From the IMG/VR virus record IMGVR_UViG_3300031857_015401, positions 1 through 64,000 of that record: a DNA stretch of 64,000 nucleotides; one strand, given 5' to 3'. Both the position numbers and the translations under genes were made by a program. The notes under the pieces are model-generated. The model made no database searches. It worked only from the letters and a program-made list of their open reading frames with translations, and had not been told where the DNA came from. Positions 28,201 to 38,412 of the stretch are shown here, in pieces. Origin of the DNA: a virus. Each line of letters begins with the position of its first letter. Within the stretch, counting starts at the first letter, position 1.

Positions 28201-29073
28201 TTAATATTCTGTTTTAATATTTCCTTTAGTTAAATATGTTCTTACTGGACTTTTTTCATATTCACTAGATAAAAATTCTTTCATTTTTTCAACATTTCTG
28301 AGGTCATCATCTGAAAAACCAATAATTGGTTCCTGATTTGCAACGTCATTTTTAAAGAACGCACTTTTACCTATCTCCTTAGCCATTTCTCGACAATAAG
28401 ATATAAACTCTCTCATCGCCTTTATTTTTCCTTCTTCAGGATTGGCAGCACTACCCGCACCAAAAGAAACGGGGTGAAACCTACACATATCTAAATATTC
28501 ATTAATTATATCTTTATCTGAAAATTCTAAATCATAAGCCTCTTCTATTTGTTCTTCTTCAGTAAATTTTCTATATTTTATTAAATTATCCACTAAAGTT
28601 TGTCTATTAATACCATTATGATTTGCAACTATTAAATTTAACACAGCCTCTTTTAATGTTTCAGGATTGTGTCCTCTTGCTGTGATAATTGCAAATATAG
28701 ACCCACCATTAATACACTCAACAAAATCATTCCACGAAGGTCCTAAAGGCGCTATCATTGAATCAATAACAAATCTTTTATCTCCCTTAACTCCGAAGTT
28801 TCTAAAAGGATCAGGTGCGTAACCAACTACAGTTGTCCCTTTAAAATTAAATGGTTCTGAACCTATTTGGTGTCTGTGTTCAGCAAACTCCTCTGTGGAC
28901 ATACCAACCTCTTCTTCGTTTTCAGTCATAACAATAATCTGAGTTGGCATAAACATAATATTATCATCCCAATCAAAGGCATAATATTTTGTATCTGGGT
29001 TTCCTTGTTCGTCAAACCCTTCTATTAAAGATTTTTTTCTAACGTATTTATAAACGTGTTCTTTTATATTCAT
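28201..29073 (-). CDS. HAD-superfamily hydrolase/phosphatase-like protein
   Basis: Motif I YAFDWDDNI, motif II IITARGH, motif III Lys (EEGK), motif IV GFSDDD. Confidence 0.7.
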   Translation of the reverse strand: MNIKEHVYKYVRKKSLIEGFDEQGNPDTKYYAFDWDDNIMFMPTQIIVMTENEEEVGMSTEEFAEHRHQIGSEPFNFKGTTVVGYAPDPFRNFGVKGDKRFVIDSMIAPLGPSWNDFVECINGGSIFAIITARGHNPETLKEAVLNLIVANHNGINRQTLVDNLIKYRKFTEEEQIEEAYDLEFSDKDIINEYLDMCRFHPVSFGAGSAANPEEGKIKAMREFISYCREMAKEIGKSAFFKNDVANQEPIIGFSDDDLRNVEKMKEFLSSEYEKSPVRTYLTKGNIKTEY

Positions 29074-29210
29074 TTTTTATTAAGTTGTGACAATAATTTT
29101 TCTAACTGAGATTCAGTTATAATAATATTTTGTTTTTTTTGTGAATAGGAATTATAACTTTTAAAATCGTTACCTACACTTTCTTTAATAAGTTTTTTTT
29201 GTATTTTCAT
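29070..29210 (-). CDS. 46-aa small protein (possible internal head peptide)
   Basis: Not in the track. MKIQKKLIKESVGNDFKSYNSYSQKKQNIIITESQLEKLLSQLNKK*; ATGA overlap with the HAD gene; TATTTAT upstream. Confidence 0.7.
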   Translation of the reverse strand: MKIQKKLIKESVGNDFKSYNSYSQKKQNIIITESQLEKLLSQLNKK

Positions 29211-29234
29211 GACTTTTTATTTTATAAATATATA

Positions 29235-29260
29235 AATGGGGAATATTCCTACTCCCCATT
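29235..29260 (-). terminator. Hairpin/terminator after the tail sheath gene
   Basis: Minus strand AATGGGGAGTA-GGAA-TATTCCCCATT (GNRA loop) with a weak AT-rich tail. Confidence 0.65.
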
Positions 29261-29279
29261 ATATAAAATTTATGTTTTA

Positions 29280-32200
29280 TCACACATCTTCAAAAGATGC
29301 TCCCGTTGGTGTGATTACAAACTCGATGTCAATATATTCTAACGCTCTTGTTGGTTTTAAGTAAATTTTACCTGTTAATGTATTAGAATCTAAATCTTCA
29401 GGAGTGTTAGAAACGGTAACTCTAAAGTCAATTAAACCTCTGTCTCTTCTTATAGAATCTAATATTGGATTAACTGAGTCTAAGAATTGTTGTCTAACTT
29501 TATCGTCATTTTGTTCAAATAATAATCTTACTGCCACAGCTGAGATTAATTTTCTTGCTTGTAGTAACAATCTTCTTACGTTAATTCTGTCAAGTGCAGA
29601 TTCTTTAACTTGTAAAGTTTTATTACCCCAAATAACTGTACCAACATCAGAGAAAGTTGCAATTGGGTTAATTCTACCTTTATATAAAGTATCTCTATCT
29701 TCTTGAGTTAATTTTTTACGAGCTCTTACTGCATTTACTAAACCACGAGTATAACCTGCTGATGCAAACCAAGGGAAAGCTATGTTATCGGTTAAAGCTA
29801 AGTTTTTAACAACTTCAGCCGTTGGCGGTAAGTAAATTTGTGTATTATTAACACTATCTCTTGTTAAAACCCATGGGTAGTAAGTTGCGGTATAGTTAGA
29901 ATCGATTGTTGTCTCTTCTAATGAATCAACCGCTTCTTGTGGATATCTCAACCCTTCTTCAACATCTTGGTAAGAAGGTAATAATAAATTAAAGTCAGGT
30001 GTTGTACAAATGTAAATTGAATCCGCCCTATCTGTTTCAACCATATCAATTGCATCCTCAACTAAGTTTGAGTTATATACGTAATCAATACCTGGTGTTA
30101 CAAATACATTAATATTAACTGATTCAGGATTTGCAAAAGTTGTTTGACCCCATTTGTATGCGTAATAGTCAGTGTTCGCCCATGTTTCTTGGTTAGGACC
30201 TGCAATTTGTTTAAATGCTCCCCATCCAGACGCTGTTGGGTAAGTAGCTGATGATGCGGCTCCGTTTTTAAATCCTGATTGACCTAATGCAAATGAGTCT
30301 CCGTTTGTTCTACTTTCTCGATATATATCCCATCCGTCAAAACCACCGTATGCTAATAACGTGAATTTACGAGTGTTTAGTCTGTAGTAAGGGTTATCAC
30401 TATCTTCAGGTTCTGAATTAAATGATCCGGCACCAACTTCAAACATTTGAGTTGTTGCTGAATTAACAGTCATTGTTACAATAGTCGCCCCACTATCCAT
30501 ATGGAAACCTTTTGTAGTATAACCCCAAGATATGCCAACAGTATCAGTTGCTAAATTTGCTGGTATTTGTTTTCCTTTATAATCAAAAAAGTCATAATCA
30601 ACTCCTGTAATATTAGATATACCTAAGTAAGCTCTTCTTGGGTTTTCACCATTTGAAATCACTGGGTTGTCTCCACCTGAAGATGAACCAAATGGTGGGT
30701 TATATATTGTATCACCAGGTTGTAAATATCTTGTTTTATAAACTACAAATGGAGGTGTTGCATTAGCGTATTCTCTACTAATATAACCTTCAAATCCACA
30801 AGGTAATGCGTCTATAGGTGCTTCGTTATTAACCTCTAACATAACATATTTAGATTTAACTTCGTACTCACCATTAGATGTACCTATTTTGTTTGCAACA
30901 TAGTTATTTTGATTAGGATCCATAGAACAATTAGTAAAACTTTCTAAAACTCTTACGTTTTGATCATTATCATAAAAATCCCTAATGAATACATCAAAAG
31001 TTCCATTAGCAAATGATATATTTCCAATTGACATTTTAACTAGTCTGTTCGCGGCGTTACCATCAGAAATTAAAACAAACTTAAATAATTTATAAACTTT
31101 ATTACCTCTTAATTCAGAAACAACATACGGAGTTTCAGGGGTTTGGTATTGTTCTAAATAGAAAGCGATTGAATCGTTATAATCAAAGTTAGTTGTGTCT
31201 GTCACACCCGGTAGATCAATTAATTCATTGTAAATACCTCTAATTTTACCTAACCTATAACCGGTTAATAATAATGAAGTGTAAGATTCTTCAATAAATA
31301 AAGGTACTTCATTTCTATCTTTTCCAAAATTACTTCTTCCAAATACTTTAGATATGTATTTTGAATCTGTTGATGATAAAGATGTTTCAAAACTAAATGT
31401 TTCACTATCGTTTGTAATACCTGAAATTGCAAAAGTTTGGAATGGATTAGAAGATATTCCTGAATATGAACCTGTAGTTATTATATCAACTCCTGTGGTT
31501 GCACTTACTACAAATCTAGGTCCTTTTTGAGTACTAGAGTAATTAGTAATACCTCTTGATCTTAAAGTAGCGACTACTAAATTATCATAATCAGTATAAG
31601 GTGTTCCTGAATAATTAGTAATATATAACTCCATTTGACCTGAATAAACACCGCCAGTTAATCCTGTAATACCGTTTAATACTGCACCAAAACCATATCC
31701 ATAATAACTACCAATGTCATTGGCTCTACTATAAGAGAATAATGAGTAGTACCAAGGGTCATTAGAGAATGAAGAAACGTCGTTATTTGCAAAAATTACA
31801 TCATCAACACCAAACGTTTCTGTGAATGCTGTTGCCCCTCCACTTGTTATTGTTGCACCTGTGACAGCAGAAAAGGTAGGAGTATCTACTGAACCCCAAA
31901 AATACGCCGTTCTTCCTGAAAGTGCCGATGAATTAGCAAAGTAACCAATTTCATTTGAAATATATTCTTGAAAATCTAAATCTAATGTTGATGTTCCTCC
32001 AATACTATTTGTGTAGTTATTATAAAAACTTGAAGATAGTGGTGATGGAATTGTTCCTGTTATAGTTACTGTTCCTCCCGTTGTACCTGTAAAATACAAA
32101 TACACAGGTGTTGATGGGGTTGTTCCTGTAATACCTAAAGTACTACTATCTAAATTACCTGTAGTTACAATTGACCAAGACGGTCCAGCATCATAACCTG

Positions 32201-32498
32201 ATAACCCAAGTATTCTAGATACAAATAATTGATTTGATTGTTGTAAATATGCCTTAGCTATGTAAGCAGCTTCATATTTAGGTATTTGAGTATTTACAAA
32301 TTTTTCTGGACTTGTTCCACCAAAATATGTTTGAAACTCATCAAAATTAGTTATAAATATAGGTTCAAAGGCAGGACCCTGTAAAGTCTCACCAACTATT
32401 CCTAAAGTTGTTACACCAACACTTTGTGCAACGAAAGTTAAGTCTCTTTCTGAGGTATATACACCAGGAGAAACGAATACTTTTGTAGTAGATGCCAT
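29280..32498 (-). CDS. Tail sheath protein (T4 gp18-like) with large insertions
   Basis: FVSPGVYTSERD N-terminus; PWFASAGYTRG, RDTLYKGRINPI, IWGNKTLQ, RINVRRLL and PTRALEYIDIEF at the C-terminus. Confidence 0.95.
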   Translation of the reverse strand: MASTTKVFVSPGVYTSERDLTFVAQSVGVTTLGIVGETLQGPAFEPIFITNFDEFQTYFGGTSPEKFVNTQIPKYEAAYIAKAYLQQSNQLFVSRILGLSGYDAGPSWSIVTTGNLDSSTLGITGTTPSTPVYLYFTGTTGGTVTITGTIPSPLSSSFYNNYTNSIGGTSTLDLDFQEYISNEIGYFANSSALSGRTAYFWGSVDTPTFSAVTGATITSGGATAFTETFGVDDVIFANNDVSSFSNDPWYYSLFSYSRANDIGSYYGYGFGAVLNGITGLTGGVYSGQMELYITNYSGTPYTDYDNLVVATLRSRGITNYSSTQKGPRFVVSATTGVDIITTGSYSGISSNPFQTFAISGITNDSETFSFETSLSSTDSKYISKVFGRSNFGKDRNEVPLFIEESYTSLLLTGYRLGKIRGIYNELIDLPGVTDTTNFDYNDSIAFYLEQYQTPETPYVVSELRGNKVYKLFKFVLISDGNAANRLVKMSIGNISFANGTFDVFIRDFYDNDQNVRVLESFTNCSMDPNQNNYVANKIGTSNGEYEVKSKYVMLEVNNEAPIDALPCGFEGYISREYANATPPFVVYKTRYLQPGDTIYNPPFGSSSGGDNPVISNGENPRRAYLGISNITGVDYDFFDYKGKQIPANLATDTVGISWGYTTKGFHMDSGATIVTMTVNSATTQMFEVGAGSFNSEPEDSDNPYYRLNTRKFTLLAYGGFDGWDIYRESRTNGDSFALGQSGFKNGAASSATYPTASGWGAFKQIAGPNQETWANTDYYAYKWGQTTFANPESVNINVFVTPGIDYVYNSNLVEDAIDMVETDRADSIYICTTPDFNLLLPSYQDVEEGLRYPQEAVDSLEETTIDSNYTATYYPWVLTRDSVNNTQIYLPPTAEVVKNLALTDNIAFPWFASAGYTRGLVNAVRARKKLTQEDRDTLYKGRINPIATFSDVGTVIWGNKTLQVKESALDRINVRRLLLQARKLISAVAVRLLFEQNDDKVRQQFLDSVNPILDSIRRDRGLIDFRVTVSNTPEDLDSNTLTGKIYLKPTRALEYIDIEFVITPTGASFEDV

Positions 32499-32636
32499 TT
32501 TTCTATTTAATTAAAGATTTATTTTTTTATATAAATACATTAAAAAAATGAAAAAAACTTAGGTCAAAAATAATAAATATGTAATAGTATGAAAAAATTC
32601 TACTTTTTTTCTACCTTATAAAATATTTACTTATAT

Positions 32637-32786
32637 ATGAAAAAAATTAAAAATATAAAGATTTCAGAAGAGACTCATGAAATATTAAAAAAGTATTGTG
32701 AGGAAAACGGATTTAAACTTTATAAGTTTTTAGAAAATTTAATCATCAAAACATGTCAAAAAGAAAAAGACATTTACGGAGAATAA
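32637..32786 (+). CDS. Small ribbon-helix-helix-like DNA-binding protein (49 aa)
   Basis: Not in the track. MKKIKNIKISEETHEILKKYCEENGFKLYKFLENLIIKTC...: alternating beta strand then two helices separated by G; divergent from the sheath gene. Confidence 0.65.
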   Translation: MKKIKNIKISEETHEILKKYCEENGFKLYKFLENLIIKTCQKEKDIYGE

Positions 32787-33827
32787 TTAAACCAATACAG
32801 AATTTGTTTTAATTACTGATTGTTTTGTGTTATCTGTTTTAGTAACTATTACTTTTAAAGTATCCCCATCAGTTATTTGTATTACAGGTAAATCATCACC
32901 AAGATAATTATTATTTATAAAAACAGAATAACTTGAAACATTTTCTAATGTTGTAACATTTAAATCAACAGTGTATCTAAAAACTTCATTTAATTGAGTA
33001 TTACCAGAAACAAATAATAAATCAAGGTCAAAACTTTTAGGTCTTGGTGGTTCTATTTTAACTCTTTTACTTTTAGTTTTTGTGTCAAATTCAAACATAG
33101 TTACCGCTCTTGTTATTGCAGGAGAAACTTGAAATTCTTTTTCATCAAGTAACATACCCCTTAAAGTTATTTTATAACTTTGAATATAGTATTTTCTTTT
33201 TTCAATTTCTTTAACTGATTCGTCGGTTGGGTCCTCTAAAAGTACTGACATATAGTGTCCGTTAATTTGAACATACGCTTGTTTTGAAGTAAATTTTTGC
33301 ATCATAAGTTTATTAAACTCATTTACTTCTCTCATTCTATTACAAAATATTTTTATAGTATATGTAATATCTACAGGTACAGGTTGAGGAATTTTATATA
33401 CATCCGCGCCTTTTCTTTGTCCGTCCCATGTTGGTACTGTGTAATAAAAAAATCTTAATCTTTCAGGTATATTTGCCGCCGCATTTTGCATTTTACCGTA
33501 TTTAACTTCAGGTTGTCTAACAGTTATTATAAATGGTAAAGAAACATTTTTGTCTAAGTCTTGAAACTTCCATGTTTCTGTGAATTGAGACCAACTTTGA
33601 GTGGTAATAATTTTATCTACTGTTGGTACTGTTTTTTTATCAACGACTAATTTTAAATCAGTTTTAACAAAATCTAATATACCTCTATCCATATCGGCAT
33701 GTAAAACCCCTTTTGGGAGATATGTGCCTTTATCGGTAATATCATCCAACATTTCTTGTCTTCTTTCAACCCCCACCTTTTTAGGGACTAAAGGTAAATA
33801 ATTTTTTATTTTTTTAGGTAATGACAT
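32787..33827 (-). CDS. Tail completion/terminator protein (T4 gp15-like)
   Basis: LPFIITVR...PQPVPVDITYTIKIF motif; lies between neck gene and sheath. Confidence 0.7.
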   Translation of the reverse strand: MSLPKKIKNYLPLVPKKVGVERRQEMLDDITDKGTYLPKGVLHADMDRGILDFVKTDLKLVVDKKTVPTVDKIITTQSWSQFTETWKFQDLDKNVSLPFIITVRQPEVKYGKMQNAAANIPERLRFFYYTVPTWDGQRKGADVYKIPQPVPVDITYTIKIFCNRMREVNEFNKLMMQKFTSKQAYVQINGHYMSVLLEDPTDESVKEIEKRKYYIQSYKITLRGMLLDEKEFQVSPAITRAVTMFEFDTKTKSKRVKIEPPRPKSFDLDLLFVSGNTQLNEVFRYTVDLNVTTLENVSSYSVFINNNYLGDDLPVIQITDGDTLKVIVTKTDNTKQSVIKTNSVLV

Positions 33828-34342
33828 TATATTCCGTTAAATTCGTCGTTAGTTACAGGTGCCGCAATTATTGTTCTGTAATATTTTTTATAACCACCAT
33901 AAGTATGTTTATTATCTGAAGTAACTCTACCATCATTAACAACACTGTAGTATCTTACTTTATCTTCCGTTTCATAATAACCTAAGTAATCACCCAAAGA
34001 AATTTCAACAGCTAAATGATCTAAGTGTGATTGATAAACACTAAACGTCATATTACCTGGTTCTATTTGTGAAAGTTTCGATGTTCCGTAATCTGAATTT
34101 GTAGGAGCTTCTATTTTAACAAGACCTTTTAATTCTACAGGAGCCAAAAATTGTATCCCTTCTGTTAATGCCTCACCATAAACATCGTCGTTATTTGTTC
34201 TTTGTCTATCAACACGATATAAAACAACACTGAAATTCATATCACCCATTTGCCATTCCATACCCATTTCAATTTCTAAATTGAAGTCCTCTTCAGAAAA
34301 AAACTTATTTAATCTTGTTATTGGTACTCTTTTTTGTGTCAT
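33827..34342 (-). CDS. Neck/head-closure protein (gp14-like)
   Basis: VVLYRVD...DDVYGEA...F..PVEL and ISLGDY motifs; context. Confidence 0.65.
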   Translation of the reverse strand: MTQKRVPITRLNKFFSEEDFNLEIEMGMEWQMGDMNFSVVLYRVDRQRTNNDDVYGEALTEGIQFLAPVELKGLVKIEAPTNSDYGTSKLSQIEPGNMTFSVYQSHLDHLAVEISLGDYLGYYETEDKVRYYSVVNDGRVTSDNKHTYGGYKKYYRTIIAAPVTNDEFNGI

Positions 34343-34400
34343 ATATATAAATACTTTAATTGATTTTTTTATATTATTTACTATTTTTATTTATAATATA

Positions 34401-36167
34401 ATGGAAGAATTAATTTCAAAAACTCCCGAAACAAGGGCCCTTCAGTTATTAGATGAATATGTTGGGTCAAATAACTATATCTTGTCGTTAAAACACAAAA
34501 AACAAAATAGTAAGACATTTACACCTACAAGACCACAAGCAGAATACATTATAAATTTTCACGGAAGAGTGCCAAAGGTTGCAAAAAAATGGGTTAAACT
34601 TGATTCATATTTTGGTAAAAAAATGATGGAAGATAAGATGTATACAAAAGAACCATCAGAAATTTATGTTGAGAAGTTATTAGTTGAGAAAGATAAATCA
34701 TACCATATATGGGGTAAAATATTTAGTGGGGAAACTTTACATGATTTTTGGATACCTAAATCGGCACTAATAAAAGATAACGAGGTTAAAAATGTTGTTA
34801 TTGAATATTCTAAGTACGAACACAGATCTCCGATGTCTCACCAAAAAGAGGCTATTGAAAAACTTGTTAGAAATAAAAAGTTTATCTTGGCTGATGATAT
34901 GGGTCTTGGTAAAACAACATCAACAATTATATCTGCACTTGAAACAGGTGCAAAAAAAATATTAATAATTTGTCCTGCGTCTTTAAAAATAAATTGGGAA
35001 AGAGAGATTGCAAATTATTCAGACAGAACCGTATATATTGCAGAAGGTAAGAAATTTTCGGATGAATCTGATTTTGTAATTATTAACTATGACATATTAA
35101 AAAACTTCCACGACCCAAAAAAGAAAGACGACTCTATAATTTTAAAATCAAATTTTGAATTGGTTATCATGGATGAGGCTCACATGATCTCAAACCCACA
35201 AGCACAAAGGACAAAAATAGTAAACGATTTATGTGATAGGTTAGATAGGGTTTGGTTGTTAACAGGAACCCCAATGACATCAAGACCAATGAATTATTTT
35301 AATTTATTAAAATTGGTTGATAGTCCTGTTGCTGCTAATTGGATGGCTTACGCAAAAAGATATTGTAATGGTTATCAATTTAATGTTGGAAAAAGAAAAG
35401 TTTGGAATGTTACGGGAGCATCTAACTTAGATGAATTAAGAGAAAGAACTCAAACACATATTCTAAGAAGATTAAAAGAAGAAGTTTTAGACTTACCTGA
35501 TAAAATTATTACACCCGTTTATTTAAGATTAAAGTCAAAAGATTATGAAGAACTAATGGGTGAGTACTATGATTGGTATGATAAAAACCAAGAAGAATCT
35601 TCGTCACTTACCATTCAGTTTGGTAAATTAATGAAAGTAAGAAAAGTAATTGCACAAGAAAAAGTTAAATCAACAATTGAATTGGCAGAAAACATAATTG
35701 AACAAGGAAAAAAAGTTATCATATTTACAAACTTTACAGATACATTACAAGAAATATATAATCACTTTGGAAAATCTGCAGTTTATTTAGACGGATCTTG
35801 TTCAAAACCCCACCGTCAAAAAGCGGTGGACGACTTTCAAGAAAATGAAAAAATTAAAGTATTTGTTGGTAACTTAAAAGCCGCTGGTGTTGGTATAACA
35901 TTAACCTCAGCTGAAGCAGTTATTATGAATGACTTATCATTTGTACCTGCTGAACACGCACAGGCGGAAGACAGATCACATAGGATAGGTCAAAAAAATT
36001 CAACGTCAGTTTATTACCCATTATTTGAAAATACAATTGAAGGAGCAATTTATGACATCTTAACAAGAAAGAAAAAAATCATATCAACAGTAATGGGTGA
36101 TGATCTATTATTGGATGAAGGGTCGTCAATAGAAGAAATGTTAAATATGATTTCTTCTAATAGATGA
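34401..36167 (+). CDS. SNF2-family (SMARCAL1/HARP-like) helicase
   Basis: LADDMGLGKT, DEAH, LTGTP, GVGITLT and QAEDRSHRIGQ motifs. Start moved from the track's TTG at 34281 (which overlaps the opposite gene) to ATG at 34401. Confidence 0.9.
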   Translation: MEELISKTPETRALQLLDEYVGSNNYILSLKHKKQNSKTFTPTRPQAEYIINFHGRVPKVAKKWVKLDSYFGKKMMEDKMYTKEPSEIYVEKLLVEKDKSYHIWGKIFSGETLHDFWIPKSALIKDNEVKNVVIEYSKYEHRSPMSHQKEAIEKLVRNKKFILADDMGLGKTTSTIISALETGAKKILIICPASLKINWEREIANYSDRTVYIAEGKKFSDESDFVIINYDILKNFHDPKKKDDSIILKSNFELVIMDEAHMISNPQAQRTKIVNDLCDRLDRVWLLTGTPMTSRPMNYFNLLKLVDSPVAANWMAYAKRYCNGYQFNVGKRKVWNVTGASNLDELRERTQTHILRRLKEEVLDLPDKIITPVYLRLKSKDYEELMGEYYDWYDKNQEESSSLTIQFGKLMKVRKVIAQEKVKSTIELAENIIEQGKKVIIFTNFTDTLQEIYNHFGKSAVYLDGSCSKPHRQKAVDDFQENEKIKVFVGNLKAAGVGITLTSAEAVIMNDLSFVPAEHAQAEDRSHRIGQKNSTSVYYPLFENTIEGAIYDILTRKKKIISTVMGDDLLLDEGSSIEEMLNMISSNR

Positions 36168-36180
36168 TATTTATAATATT

Positions 36181-37263
36181 ATGGAAATAGAATTAAATAA
36201 TAGTGGTAATATAGAACAAAAAAAATTAATAAAAAAATTTATAGATTTTTTAGATAAAGAGTATCCATTAAAAAATGATTTAAAGATTGATTTTTTAGAA
36301 AAAAGAACGGGAACTATGACCACAGGTAGTAGGACTAACAATAACCGATTAAAAATATTAGTAAAAGATAGATTAAATAGAGATATTTTAAAAACTATCG
36401 CACACGAATGGATTCACGAATACCAAAGAACAGTTCTAAAAAGAAATAAGGGACCAAAAATTGGTGGTCAAAACGAAGACGAAGCCAATTCATTGGCCGG
36501 ATCATTAATAAAAAAATTTGAAAAAAATAATAAATCTGAAGATAACATTATTTATAAACCGTTTCAAAAAAAAATTAATGAGTTAGAATTAAAAATTAAT
36601 GAAGATTTAATTTTACAAAAAAGTATAATATCAGAAATTAAAAAGGTTAGTATTGAAAAACTTCCATATGATTTTAATTCAGTAGAAACCTTCATTGATA
36701 GTGAGACAATGAAAACTCACTATACAAAACATTATAAAGGTTATGTTGATAAATTAAATTTAGAATTAGAAAAAATAAAAGGTAAAGATTTAGATTTAGA
36801 AGAAATTGTAAAAAACATTTCTAAATTTAATACAAAGGTTAAAAATAATGGTGGTGGCGCATTTAATCACGCGTTGTTTTGGAAAATGTTGTCACCAAAA
36901 AAACAAATTTTAGAAGACCCGATAAAAAGTAAAATTATAAAACATTTTGGTTCTTTTGAAAAATTTAAAGAGGAATTTGAAGAAGAAGCAAAATCAAGAT
37001 TTGGTTCAGGTTGGGTTTGGTTAATTTTAACAAAAAGTAACGGATTAAAGATTGTAACTACCGCGAATCAAGATAATCCACTTATGAACACAGAAAAAAC
37101 CCAAGGTTATCCTTTATTAGGTCTTGATGTTTGGGAACACGCGTATTATTTAAAATATAAAAACGAAAGAGATAAATACGTTAAAAATTTTTGGAAAGTT
37201 GTTAATTGGGGGTTTGTTAATGATTTATACACAACCCAATTAAGAAAGAAATCAAATCAATAA
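36181..37263 (+). CDS. sodA: Mn-type superoxide dismutase with an N-terminal HExxH metalloprotease-like domain
   Basis: SOD part has LPY, HYTKHYKGY, NGGGAFNH, FGSGWVWL, TANQD and DVWEHAYY (Gly/Gln pattern of Mn-SODs). The N-terminal ~155 aa has AHEWIHEYQ...EDEAN. Confidence 0.88.
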   Translation: MEIELNNSGNIEQKKLIKKFIDFLDKEYPLKNDLKIDFLEKRTGTMTTGSRTNNNRLKILVKDRLNRDILKTIAHEWIHEYQRTVLKRNKGPKIGGQNEDEANSLAGSLIKKFEKNNKSEDNIIYKPFQKKINELELKINEDLILQKSIISEIKKVSIEKLPYDFNSVETFIDSETMKTHYTKHYKGYVDKLNLELEKIKGKDLDLEEIVKNISKFNTKVKNNGGGAFNHALFWKMLSPKKQILEDPIKSKIIKHFGSFEKFKEEFEEEAKSRFGSGWVWLILTKSNGLKIVTTANQDNPLMNTEKTQGYPLLGLDVWEHAYYLKYKNERDKYVKNFWKVVNWGFVNDLYTTQLRKKSNQ

Positions 37264-37287
37264 GATATTTATATAAAAATATATCTT

Positions 37288-38406
37288 ATGTCAACATCAA
37301 TTATTTCAGAACCAGAAAGAGGTAAGTTGTATAAAAGAATTAGAAATCTTTTAGGTGCACCATTACGTTCAGTAGAGTTGGAAGACGAACAGATGGATTC
37401 ATTATTAGAATTATCCGTTCAGGATTATGCTCAACACGTTAATGATTGGTTAATTGAATCTCAATGGTCTTCACTCTATGGATTAAACTTAGATGAACAA
37501 TCCGTTACAAGGGCGTTTACTACAAGAAGTTTAGATTGGGAAACTCAATACACTTACTCGTATTCAAAAATTGTTGGTTTACAGGCCGGGGGTGATTATG
37601 TTTTGAAAAAAGATTATATTGATTTAATACCAAATCAACAAATATATGAAATACCTGCAGGTAGAGAACTTAATGAACTTTTATGGTTTTCAAGATCTGA
37701 ATTAGATGCTGCGTATTTTGATCCATTTATGGGTGGGTTTGGTGGTTTTGGGGGTATTGGTCTTGGTGGTGGTGCTGGATTTTCACAAATGGGTACAACG
37801 GGTAATTACTTTATAACACCTGCGTTTGATATCCTTTTAAGAATGCAAGATATTAATATTAAAAGAAGATTAATCACAGGTGAATTAACATATAGAGTTA
37901 CCGCATTACCTGAAGGTAAAAAAGCAATACATTTAATGAATGTTCCTGGTGGTAAATTTGATTTTGGTAATATGAAAAATAAAGACTACAGAGTTTGGTA
38001 TTGGTATTATGAAACAAATGATAGAGAAGATTGTTTGAAAAAAAATCCTGACATTGTAAAACTTCCTTCTGATGTACCTATTGATGAAATTAGGTGGGAC
38101 GAATTAAATGGTCCGGCACAAACATGGGTTAGAAGGTGGTTCACCGCATATTGTAAAGAAACTTTAGCAAAAGTAAGAGGTAAATACAGTGGTAATTTAA
38201 AAACACCCGATAGTGAAGTAACTATTGAATGGCAATCTTTAAATACTGAAGCTAAAGATGAAAAAACATTGTTGTGGGAAGAACTAAAAACAAGATTAGA
38301 AAGATTAAGACCTGAAAAACAATGGGAAATTAAAGGTGCAATGGCTGAAAATATGAACAAAGCATTAAAATTCAGACCATTTACAAGTCCGTATAATGTT
38401 ATATAA
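37288..38406 (+). CDS. Neck protein (T4 gp13-like head-tail adaptor)
   Basis: LLGAPLRSVELEDEQMD at the N-terminus; WVRRWFTAYCKETLAKVRGKYSG at the C-terminus. Confidence 0.8.
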   Translation: MSTSIISEPERGKLYKRIRNLLGAPLRSVELEDEQMDSLLELSVQDYAQHVNDWLIESQWSSLYGLNLDEQSVTRAFTTRSLDWETQYTYSYSKIVGLQAGGDYVLKKDYIDLIPNQQIYEIPAGRELNELLWFSRSELDAAYFDPFMGGFGGFGGIGLGGGAGFSQMGTTGNYFITPAFDILLRMQDINIKRRLITGELTYRVTALPEGKKAIHLMNVPGGKFDFGNMKNKDYRVWYWYYETNDREDCLKKNPDIVKLPSDVPIDEIRWDELNGPAQTWVRRWFTAYCKETLAKVRGKYSGNLKTPDSEVTIEWQSLNTEAKDEKTLLWEELKTRLERLRPEKQWEIKGAMAENMNKALKFRPFTSPYNVI

Positions 38407-38412
38407 TTTTTT

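Noticed and set aside
34281-34400. N-terminal extensions of the SNF2 ORF (from 34281) and the SSB ORF (from 10945)
   Set aside because: These TTG starts run through promoter or intergenic DNA or overlap the opposite gene; ATGs at 34401 and 10876 fit better.
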